A DNA stretch of 64,000 nucleotides from Vermamoeba vermiformis (Eukaryota), in NCBI GenBank assembly GCA_045837725.1, contig JBEWZL010000098.1, forward strand, positions 1 to 64,000, read 5' to 3'. The notes under the pieces are model-generated. The model did no database searches. It was not told the DNA's origin and worked only from the letters and a program-made list of their open reading frames with translations. Shown in pieces: positions 36,599 to 46,948 of this stretch (position 1 is its first letter; every line of letters starts with the position of its first letter). The position numbers and the translations under genes were made by a program.

Positions 36599-38538
36599 TG
36601 ATCAATGTCCTCCTCAGCCAGTTCCTCTGAGGGTGGTTCTTCAAGGGCTGCGCTCACTCGTGGATTGTTATTCATAGAGCGTTGGAAGCTTGAGCCATTC
36701 GCGGCAGCAAGGGACTGGGTCTAGGTTGCCCAGAGGTTGAGGTCTGATTTGTTCTGTCCTTGGAACCGGTAGAATGGCAGGGAGAGATGGATGGACCGTG
36801 TCAGCAATTCATCTCAGTGTTGGCGAAGAGCGGAACAGGAATGTGGCGAGCTGTAACAGGCGTGTTGCCTTTACATGTGGCTGACACATGCGCATTCAGC
36901 AGCATGGCGGCAAGGGCCATGATGCTCGGACGCTCTTAGGCCTTTAATGTACGTGATCAGCTTGCGCGACTCGTCAATGTCTCCCACTTGAGCCAGAGTC
37001 TTCATGAAGCGTGCATTGTAGTCGCTGACACCCTCATTGGTCTGCATGTGAATGCTATCCAAAGTGAGTGAAAGCGAGAGCTCCGTTGCAGTGTTTGAGA
37101 AATTAGCACTGAACATTTCGAACAGGTCCTCCGGAGTTGTAGCTGGGCCAATGACATCTCCTCTCTCGATGTAGGTTGCAGCTTCTCCGCGAACTCTGAG
37201 GCACATGCATTGCAGAGTCTGCCGATCACTCCAGTCGAGGATGGCTTGCCAAAGCAAGATCTTGGTATACCAGCGTTGTAAGCTGACCTCGCTGTTCATG
37301 CCGGTATAAAAGAGAACGTCGCTCGGAATCTCTTTCTCATTGAGAGGCTTTTGGTGGCTAGGTACTTCAGAGCCTTTGCGAGTGTAGCGCTTGGCAACTG
37401 CTGAGCCATGAACAGGAATAACACGCTTAGGAGCTGCACCACGAGTCTCTTCCGCGCCTGAATTGGGCTCAGACAAGAATTGCAACTGACGGACAGTGTC
37501 CTGCTGGTGTTCCTCGATCTTGTGTACGAGGTTGGTCAGTTGTCTCTTGATATCAGACAGGGATTCCCCAAGTAGCTGTATGTGCTTTGCGTTGTCCTTG
37601 GTCTCGAGTTGAAGCTGCTTGATTGAATCGATTGTCATGTGACGGAACTCTTCGTACTCCTGAACTTCTTGCGCGAACTGCGCGTCTTGAGCGGTTTGGT
37701 CGGGGCGGGACCAATTGTTGTCAGAAGGGCTGTCTTGAGTCCCCCTGTTGTCAATTCGTTCGCGAGGTGGAGGTTGTTGAGTTGTGTCACGAGTTGTCTC
37801 ATTCTCAGTAACGGTTATCACGGCACCTTGCTGAGCTACATCGCGTTGACGCGAGTGTCTGGTGCCTTCCTCACGCGTGCGCGTCTGCTTGCGGGACTTA
37901 GAGCTTGTTCTCTTAGATTTTTCTCTCCGAGATCGGCGACGATCGCGAGAAGCACTTCTTGAGCGGCTTCTTGAAGAGCTGTCATAGCTTGCTGAGCGAG
38001 AGCGGGAACGAGAACGAGACTTAGAATGGCGAGCGCGGCGGTGCTTTTGGCGATCAGATCTGTGATCACGAGAACGGGACCTTGATTGGCGACTTCTGCG
38101 CCGGTCTCTACGTTCGGATCGACGTCTGTGCCTTCGCGAGCTTCGGTCACGGCGCTTGGGAGAGGGGCTCGAGCTCCTGGGGCTAGGGGAGCGGCCATTG
38201 TCATCCCTTTGGTCAGATTGGCGAGATCTTGACCTTTTGCGCGGACTAGCTTGATTGCCGGGCTCTGCCTGGGAGGCGTGCGACTTAGGAGCAGCTGCAG
38301 AGGCGTGAGAACTAGCTCTCGACTGTGAACTCTCGCGGGAGTCTTTCATCCCTGAGTTGGTCCGCGTCCCCTCTGAGCTCGGTGCTAGGGGAGCGGCCGT
38401 CGAGGTAGTCCCAGGCGCTGAGCTGTCCGCTCTAGCGTTTGAGCTAGGCTGCTGGCTGGGCGGGGCTTCTCCCCCTTGAGATGCGAGCAGGTCTCGCTGC
38501 GATTGAGAGCGCGTACGGATGCGATTGTCTGACGACAT
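36586..38538 (-). CDS. gag: Retrotransposon Gag with RS-rich N-terminus; three in-frame stops in the 3' part
   Basis: Capsid-like QTNEGVSDYNARF...YIKGLR; the same frame ends QENA* at 36586; stops at 36871, 36814 and 36721. Confidence 0.8.
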
Positions 38539-38668
38539 AGGTGGCTTGTAATATAATTATTGGAATTATTGGCGATGTTATTACAATTTTCATACAACGT
38601 TTTGCCAACTCCGAATCAATTTCCACAACCGAATCTACAACAACGGTTCACGCAAAATCGGAACCAAA

Positions 38669-38830
38669 TGTAGAATATCCGTCGGAATAATAACGGTAAG
38701 TTGTGTTTATTGATATAAGAGTAAAGCGTACAATAAATAACGATACAAAGTGTTTTTATCTCGCGAGATTATCGCGAGATTTCAGGCGATATGTCGCCTA
38801 GCGCGAACTCTTTTCGCGCGTGGTGTTACA
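38669..38830 (-). repeat. 5' LTR (intact, 162 bp)
   Basis: tgtagaatat...ggtgttaca; identical by eye to 30565-30589 joined to 32387-32523. Confidence 0.95.
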
Positions 38831-39276
38831 AGAATACGTATTGTTCATTAGTATAAATAAATGTTCGCTGGAGTCAAAGTGATTTCTTGCTTGATCTTAA
38901 AATGGTCCAGGGTTACGTTACAAGCTTGTTTTTGGTTCGAAAACATTTTAATTTGATATGATTAATTGTACAACTTACCATTGTAACTTGTGCTGGACAA
39001 AAGGAGTCACAGAGTAAGACGATCCAGATTGACCGGTCAACAGAGATCCGACTGTGAACTCACTGCTAGTTTATATATTTATAACTTTGATATTTTATAT
39101 TATTTTGTAACCATAAGGTAAGGCTTCCTATTGACAATGCATGCTATTTAGTAGATCTATGGATCTGGATCTGCTTCCCATTTATTTTATTTATTTGAAA
39201 AAAAATCGAATATTATTCTATAATAAATGCCATTAATTAATGACACGAAGAAAATGCTAATATATTTTTTCCAAGC

Positions 39277-40966
39277 ATGCGGGGATTTTGGCAATTTGTT
39301 AAACGGCCAGTATTTGTTTTAGCGCCATTAGCCAACGTAACCGACTGCGCTTTTCGAAAAGTTATTGCCAAATATGGAAAGCCTGATGTAACATGGACCG
39401 GTGAGTTTTGACTTAAATGGATCGCTTTACTAATTTCATTTCTTTGGTAGAGTTTGTTTCCGTTGAGGGCTTACTACATTCACCAGATTCATATAAGAGA
39501 CTCAGTATTGATTTAAAATACAGCGAAGCAGAGCGACCAATCGTTGCACAAGTTTTCGGATCGGATCCGAAGAAGTTCAAGGACATTGTACCATTAATTA
39601 AGAGTCTTGGATTCGATGGGTAATACAAAAATGCATTTTACATACTAATTTAGTATTTATACAGATTTAAACGGAGTTCAAAGCGAAATTACCTTTGCAT
39701 CCGGAAATAGATTCGTTGATTCGTTTGACTAACTCGATTATTCTTAGAATGGATATTAATATGGGATGTCCTGACCAAACAGTATTGAAGCAAGGCTGCG
39801 GTGCGAGTCTTATAAACAATCCTAAGATAGCGCAAGAAGTAAGCGCATCCACATCCGTTACAAATCCTTTATTGGTCCAATATTTATAATTTCCTTATTT
39901 AGATATTAAGAGAGTCTATTAAAGCGGGCGGAGATGATTTTCCGATCAGTGTAAAGACTCGAATTGGCTACAATACAATTGATTTCGAGTACTGGCTTAA
40001 ATCGTTATTAGAAGTGCAACCAGATGGTAAATATCGCTTATATAATACTATGTAGTACCTTATATACCATTATTAATTCTTATTGTATGGCAGCAATAAC
40101 GCTACATTTACGTACAAAGAAAGAAATGTCTCAAGTTCCTGCGCATTGGACTGATGACGTTGTAGGTACGTAAATACCACTTAATATTAATATAAATATC
40201 AATATATATAATATTCATCGACCTCTAACAAATCAAAGCTTATGATGCTGAGATCAGATCCCGATCCGTTACGCGATTTTATTTTTAGCTTTTATTGTGG
40301 TTGGTAGTCGATTCTTAATAACAATTTTCTTATTAGGCAAGGCAGTGCGCATAGTCAAAGAAGAAATGAAAGCCAAGACGTTGTTGATTGGAAACGGCGA
40401 TGTACCGAACTTAGAGCAAGCGAGGCAGAAAGTCGCGCAATTTGGCGTCGATGGCGTAATGATAGGTATATTATTTACTACTATATTCATTACTGATATT
40501 ATTTTTCGACTCCTTTTAACCAAAGTAATTTCGCATCTGGTCCAACAAAAAAAGATCCGCTAATTAAATTTCTTTGATTACCTTAAAAACTTACCTAAGT
40601 TCATTATTATAGGACGAGGCATATTCGGCAATCCATGGCTATTTTCAGAGTATACACCGACGATGAAAGAGAAAATCGAAGTTATGCTTGAACATACAAA
40701 ACTATTCGATGAAATGCTAGGCGAGCATAAGAACTTTCATATTATGAAGAAGCACTATAAGGGTAAGTATTTCTATAAGATCTTTCGTCGAAATTACGGC
40801 GGATCTGACTGTTTTTTTTTTTCTAGCGTACGTCCAATCCAAGCCTTGGCGCATGAAATTAATGGAAGCGAAAGATTATAACGAAGTCGAACAATTAACG
40901 AGGCAGTTACTCGATGAGATTGTAGAATACGAAAAGAACCAAAACAGAATAAACAACGAAATGTAA
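39277..40966 (+). CDS. tRNA-dihydrouridine synthase (bacterial-type Dus); multi-exon
   Basis: VLAPLANVTD..FR; TEFVS; DINMGCP; GASLI; SVKTRIG; LHLRTKKEMS; IGNGDV; DGVMIGRGIFGNPW. Confidence 0.9.
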
Positions 40967-41230
40967 CAGAGTGAGATCCGGTGCTAAAGAGTCGATTTCG
41001 ATTGTAGAGAGCAGTATATTTGAGATTTAATACCATAATTACGAGTGCTCCGTCGAAAGTGAGTCATTCATCATTGAATCCAACACAAGAAAACTTGATC
41101 TCTATTCTTCAGACTCCTCACATTCGGAAAGTGCTGACAAATTACAATACGGATATGTATAGTTGCTTTAAAATAATGAAGTCATTCTTTTCTTCGATAC
41201 GGAAGATTCAGGTGTTATTTATTTGTAGCG

Positions 41231-41923
41231 TCATTTTTTGGTAGTAACGCTGGTGTTTTGCACTAATACCATGTAAAGCGTTGATTCGTTCTGTATTTTA
41301 TAATCGGATAGTGTGCGATATTCTTCTAATGATCTGCCAGCGAATATAAGTCTCGGATATTTTCCTGCAATTTCTTGGATCCGATATTTGAGTTGCTCTA
41401 CGGTGTCACTAGGTTCGACTTCAAGGGTAATGCTCTCGCCAGTTATAGTTTTAATAGTGATTTTCATGCCACCACGGAGTCTCAGAACCAAGTGGAGCGT
41501 GGATTCTTTTTGGATGTTGTAATCGTACAAGCTGAATCCGTCTTCAAGTTGTTTGCCGGCAAAAAATAATCGTTGGTGAGCAATAGGGATGCCTTCTTTA
41601 TCTAGAATTTTGTGCTTGACTTGTTCGATTTTGTCTGACAATTCAGCTCCAAGAGTAATTGTCTTGCCAGTCAGAGTCTTGACGAAGATCTGCATTCCCG
41701 CTCGTAAACCCAGAACGATATGAATAGTAGAATAGGCTTTGATATTATAGTCGGACAAAGTACGATCGTTAATCAGCGGTTGGCCACTAAATATTAGGCG
41801 CAGTTGATTTGCGGGAATGCCTTGTTTGTCTTGGATCTTCTGTTTGACGTGCAAAATTGTATCCATAGGTTCAACTTCTAGCGCAATTGGTGCACCAACG
41901 AGGAACTTGACGAAGATTTGCAT
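41231..41923 (-). CDS. Divergent tri-ubiquitin-like protein; an upstream exon is possible
   Basis: Three ubiquitin-like units of about 76 aa ending LRAG, LRGG and [12 protein letters not shown]. Confidence 0.85.
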   Translation of the reverse strand: MQIFVKFLVGAPIALEVEPMDTILHVKQKIQDKQGIPANQLRLIFSGQPLINDRTLSDYNIKAYSTIHIVLGLRAGMQIFVKTLTGKTITLGAELSDKIEQVKHKILDKEGIPIAHQRLFFAGKQLEDGFSLYDYNIQKESTLHLVLRLRGGMKITIKTITGESITLEVEPSDTVEQLKYRIQEIAGKYPRLIFAGRSLEEYRTLSDYKIQNESTLYMVLVQNTSVTTKK

Positions 41924-42192
41924 TTTATCGGCCTTCAAAGGGCAAGGTTGCGTTACCTATTAATCAAAATTATTATAATGTTAGTTATGTATTTGTATAT
42001 CAACATTAATAATACCTTTGTATACATTGGCTCAAATAACATTGCAATAAAGTTTGGCAGCGACGGGCTGTCAAACCAAAATCTGACATATTTCTTACTT
42101 TCCAGCGACTTGAAACAGATCTGGCAATCAAAGGTTAGCAATATATATTAAATAATTATGGATACTTCAATAATCGCATCGATAGCTTATTC

Positions 42193-42595
42193 CGGCCATG
42201 TACCGAACTTTGAGCAAGCGAGGCAGAAAGTCGCGCAATTTGGCGTTGATGGCGTAATGATAGGTATATTATTTACTACCATATTATTTACTGATATTAT
42301 TTTTCGACCTCTTTTAACCAAAGTTATTTCGCATCTGGTCCAACAAAAATAAATCTGCTAATTAAATTTAAGTTTCTTTGGTTGCCTTTAAAAAAAGCTT
42401 ACCTAATTTCATTATTATAGGGCGAGGCATGTTCGGCAATCCATGGCTATTTTCAGCGTACATGGCGGATCTGACTGTTTTTTTGTTCAGGCGTACATCC
42501 AATGCAAGCCTTGGCGCATGAAGTTTATGGAGGCGAAAGATTATAACGAAGTCGAACAATTATCGAGAAAGTTACTCGATGAGTTGTGGAATACA
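42193..42595 (+). pseudogene. Partial duplicate of the 3' part of the Dus gene, introns included
   Basis: Matches about 40395-40655 and 40795-40930 with an internal deletion; no 5' exons. Confidence 0.85.
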
Positions 42596-42666
42596 AAGAA
42601 TTTATCAAAAGGAATAAAAATGTACGGCCGAAGAAACGCAGAGCAAGTGCAACACTAAAGAACATA

Positions 42667-43418
42667 ATGGAACAAACCGTTCAAAAGTTGTTACAAGATG
42701 TTCAAGGTCAATTAGCAGCACTGGAAAAGCGCAAAAAAGAATTTGAAGCTCAGATGAAGCACCGAGAAGAAGAATTCGAAAATTACAAGCAGAGAGAATG
42801 GCAAATGATGCTTGTCAATGCTGAAAGAATATTGACGGAAAAATTGTCCAACATAGAAGAGCGTGAACAAAAATTAATGGTGCAAGAAAAGTTCATCCGA
42901 GATCAGCAACTGAAAAATTCCAAAATTATTAAATTAAACGTTGGAGGCAAGCGATTCACCACCACTTTGACCACTTTAACAGCGGACAGGGATTCAATGC
43001 TTGCCGCCATGTTTTCTGGCAGATTCACTCTGGAAAAAGACGAGGACGGTTGCTATTTTATTGATAGAAACGGCAAGCATTTCTCTTACATTCTGGATTT
43101 CTTGCGTACTGGATCACTGCCTGCGAAGCTTACAAAAGAGCTACTTGAAGAGCTAGCCCAAGAAGCTTCAACTACCAATTGACTAGCTTGGTCCATGCAA
43201 CAAAACGAGGACAAGAAGGAGACAACGTAGGAGAGAGTCAGGAGAAGTACATCACTTGGTGGAATTATGATGGTTACTCTCTTTCGGAAACAAAGCCTGG
43301 TAATGTTGTTTTCTCTGAAATCACGGCGCTTGTGAAACAAGGATATCTTCCAATACAAAAAATTACGATCGATAGAATCAATGCCACGTACTTCATGATT
43401 ATCTTCCAAAAGCAATGA
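42667..43418 (+). pseudogene. KCTD-type BTB/POZ protein with N-terminal coiled coil; apparent frameshift near 43168
   Basis: IIKLNVGGKRFTTTLTTL...FIDRNGKHFSYILDFLR; the expected EAxxYQL continues in another frame (aac tac caa ttg act agc ttg). Confidence 0.7.
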
Positions 43419-43637
43419 TTCCCGCTAATGTTTCGAGCTCCCAAGTTGTATTTTATGGACCATAAAGTTTCGAAACTACAAAAAGAACAAATGTATTCTT
43501 TTTTGGATGCATTCCCGTATATATTAATCACGCTGACATAAGGAGGCGGTAGTCTACTAAGGCCTCGTTTAACTCCAAGATTTTTGCCCGTTTGATTTTT
43601 TTGATCTTCGTTTTATTGCCACCAAACTGATTACAAC

Positions 43638-45840
43638 ATGAGCGCAACTCAAGAAGTACCCACCTGGGTTAAATTGCACGACTTGGCTTCGGATCGCGTT
43701 GGCGGCAAAGTCCTCTACTGCACTGACGATTTCTTTGCGGAGAAAGAAAATCTCATCAAGCACGAGCCTGCCGTGTGGATCGCTGATAAATATACTGATA
43801 AGGGCAAATGGATGGACGGTAAGCAAATCAAGCCTAAGGAAAATAAAATAAAAAATATTTAATTATTTTTCAATTCAATAAATTATCAAACTCGTTTGCT
43901 TTGATGGGAAATTAATATGGATATTGAACGCTCTATATAATGAATTATTTTACGCACGAAGAATTTTCGTCTTGATAGAAAATTACCAAAGATTTTCAAA
44001 ATACGCGTGTGTCCTTTCGTCAATCAACTTTTACCCTGCTATCGTAATTCTCCTATTACTCGTAAATATACTACCAATAAGTATAAATCCATCTTAATTA
44101 TTATACCTCGAATGTCCTATTGCTGTCGATATTTTCTTTTTTTGGATGTACTACCTCGTTTTCTGTTGCTAATGACTTCGTTAAATATAGGCTGGGAATC
44201 TCGCCGCAAACGTGGTGAAGGACACGATTGGTGCCTCGTTAAGCTTGGCTTGCCTGGCACTATTGTTGGAGTGGATGTTGACACTTCATTTTTCAACGGA
44301 AACCATCCTCATGCTATTAAGATTGAGGGAGTCAATTTGTCGGCAGATAAGGTAAAAAAAAATTATATAGACAGATTATTGATAAATTCAGATTAGTTTT
44401 TCCATATTAGTCGTGGCTCTTGTTATGGCGAAAACGGATGTCGCCGAGCACGCGCTAATTCAAAATTCATAAATCTATTTAGTTTGCAAACCACTTTAAT
44501 ATTGATGAAATATATGGAATTACCATGGCTAATCTTACGGCTCTTTTTTTAGAACGAATCTGACGAAGTTGTCTTGAAGAAGTTGTTGGCAATGAAAGAT
44601 GATGAATGGTAAATTGGATTGACAAATAGGCGAGGGATATTATCCGCAAATGCTTAAAATAGCGAGTTGGATCATGATTACGCGTGGAAGAATGAAACCC
44701 CGTGCCCGATTCCAATTCGCGCTGATTACATCTTAAAATTAGAAATTTACGGGCAATTCTGATTACTAGTATCCTAGGACCACTGTCATTGCTATGACCG
44801 AGACCCATGCTACTTGCCACAATTACCGCGCAGTTCCCAATGACAAAGTTTTGCGCGAAACTGTCTTCACGCATCTGCGTTATCATATGTTCCCTGATGG
44901 CGGTACCGCGCGCTTAAGAATCTACGGTGAAGTTCATGTCGACTGGCACGCTAAGGCCTCCGCTAATGTACGTACACAAGATTGGCAGTTGTAACCGAGT
45001 GGATGCACAATACCGAAATTGCTTATTTTGGAATGAAATCCAGCGGTAAATGACCGCGCCTCTATTTTAAGGTTTACCATCTCCAATTACTAACATTGCG
45101 GAATTTCAGGCGTCAGGTTTGGTGGATCTTGCTGCTTTCGAGAACGGCGGTATTGGCGTGGCTTGCAGCGATGAACATTTTGGCAAAATGAAGAATTTGG
45201 GTACGTAACTTTCTTCCGTCGCTATATACCATACTTATAAGAGAATTAGTTATGCCTGGTCGCGGCATTAATATGGGCGATGGATGGGAGACGAGGTAAA
45301 ATTGAAACGCGTTAATTAAACTACTTTATAACCATTGCATATTCGGATAGACGTCGCCGCGGACCTGGCTTCGATTGGATTATCGTTAAGCTTGGTGTCC
45401 CTGGAAAGATCAAGAAGATCGAAGTTGATACCGCTCATTTTAAAGGTACCCTATATAACCTTTTAAGGCAAAATTGAAGTTTGATCCAATTTACGTCAAG
45501 CTTCACGTAAATGTAAATTGCGCGTGGCTTAATATGCTTATTTGCCTCAGGCAACTTCCCGCATCAATTCAGTCTTGAAGCGAACTACGTGCAAAAAGAT
45601 CTGAATCCAGTTGTTGCTCTTGGATGGAGCGAACTTTTGCCCAAGAACTTCTTGCAGGTAAGCGCTCTGATTACGTAAATGTGCTCTACTAGTACTCACC
45701 TTGCCTAGGCCGATCATATTCACGAGTTCACGTTGCCCGAATCTGCCAGCCAAACCGTGTACAATTACGTCAAGTTGTGTATCTACCCCGATGGAGGCGT
45801 GAGCCGTTTGCGCATTTGGGGAACGCCCGCCGATAAATAA
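43638..45840 (+). CDS. ALLC: Allantoicase; multi-exon
   Basis: [54 protein letters not shown]; second repeat [11 protein letters not shown]...[13 protein letters not shown]. Confidence 0.93.
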
Positions 45841-46039
45841 GCCATTAACTCGATCAATAAACTTGCTTATTTGCCTAACTCCGGTTATAGACGCGTTTAT
45901 CGTGCACGTGTTTCGGTTTAAAATTGCTTTATTTAGTATTGAATTGGCAAAAGATTGGCACAGACTCCATTGAGTGGCTGAATAGTAGAATCAAGGTACT
46001 ATAACACGTTTATATACATCATAAATAATATTTACAAGA

Positions 46040-46705
46040 CTAACAGAAGAACTCGTTCAATGAGAAGTATTGCCACGGATCTATTTCAACACGAGGTGAC
46101 AATTCGACCTCATAATAACTGCAGTAACGCGATGAGCTATCTTCGGACTCGCCCGACCAAGATTCTGAAACGCTTACTGCAGCAGATCCGACTGGTGATT
46201 GGGATTCTACGTCCACAATATCAGATTCGGACTCTGAACTTGAAATAGACTCGGGTGACTCGTCCAATTGATATCGTTGCACTAATTTGCTAACTTTCTC
46301 TTCAAACTCTCTCCATCCTTTCACTCGTGGCGAATTGTTTATGTATTGGCTAATTTTAGTTTGGCTAGCAAAACAGAATAAGCATCAATCAAAGCATCAA
46401 TCAATTCAATGATCGTACCTCGCGCCGATAAGTTTCGCTATTCGTTTCTGACTTAGTTTTCCTTTTTCTGTTAAGGCTCGAAGTTTCTTTAACAACACTG
46501 CATCCGGTGTCGATCGAAGTTGTGAGAATACGAAGACTTCTAGACAATGAGAGGCTCCCTCGCATCCCTTTCCATAATTTATCCTCTCTGTTTTTTCAAA
46601 CTTGAGCTTCTTGACAGGCTGGTAGTCGAAGTCTATCTCTGCTGCATCCGAACATCGCTTTCGCTTTGCTCCCGATACACTTAAATGCTCTTGTGTGGTC
46701 ATCAT
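46040..46705 (-). CDS. Small nuclear protein with Cro/C1 (XRE)-like HTH; 2 exons
   Basis: Spliced LSQKRIAKLIGAS|QTKISQYINN; NLS-like KRKR and KKLK; acidic Ser-rich tail. Confidence 0.6.
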
Positions 46706-46948
46706 CTTGATTGCGATATTATAATTGACAGCTTCATGTAAAAAAGATCGGTTTTATATCAATGCCGTGCTCTGATATGAAATTTCCGTACTAAACCTTC
46801 GCCTTTTAAGGGAATTTATTTGAGTGAACGAAACCCGTTGAAAGTTTGTTCCGTGACTTATTTCTGTTTGGATTTTTTTGGACTGTGATTTCGCCGATTT
46901 TTTCTTAGGCAATGCCGCGTCAGTTTTATTATGAAATCGGATCAGATC

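Larger units (their letters stand above)
30565..38830 (-). mobile_element. Ty3/Gypsy LTR retrotransposon, full length, 162-bp LTRs, 5-bp TSD AGAAT
   Basis: TG...CA LTRs; TSD at 30560-30564 and 38831-38835; PBS 38658-38666; PPT 32524-32534; gag plus PR-RT-RH-IN pol. Confidence 0.97.

Noticed and set aside
36650-36935. Inversion as the cause of the broken gag end
   Set aside because: Plus-strand frames also contain stops and show no Gag-like motif
40240-40275. Apparent GATC enrichment in introns, possibly linked to the MTase
   Set aside because: Impression only; cannot be quantified without computation and no link is supported
44599-44726. ATGATGA...CTGA resembling an intronic C/D snoRNA
   Set aside because: The ATGATGA lies in a small allantoicase exon (KDDEW), not in the intron
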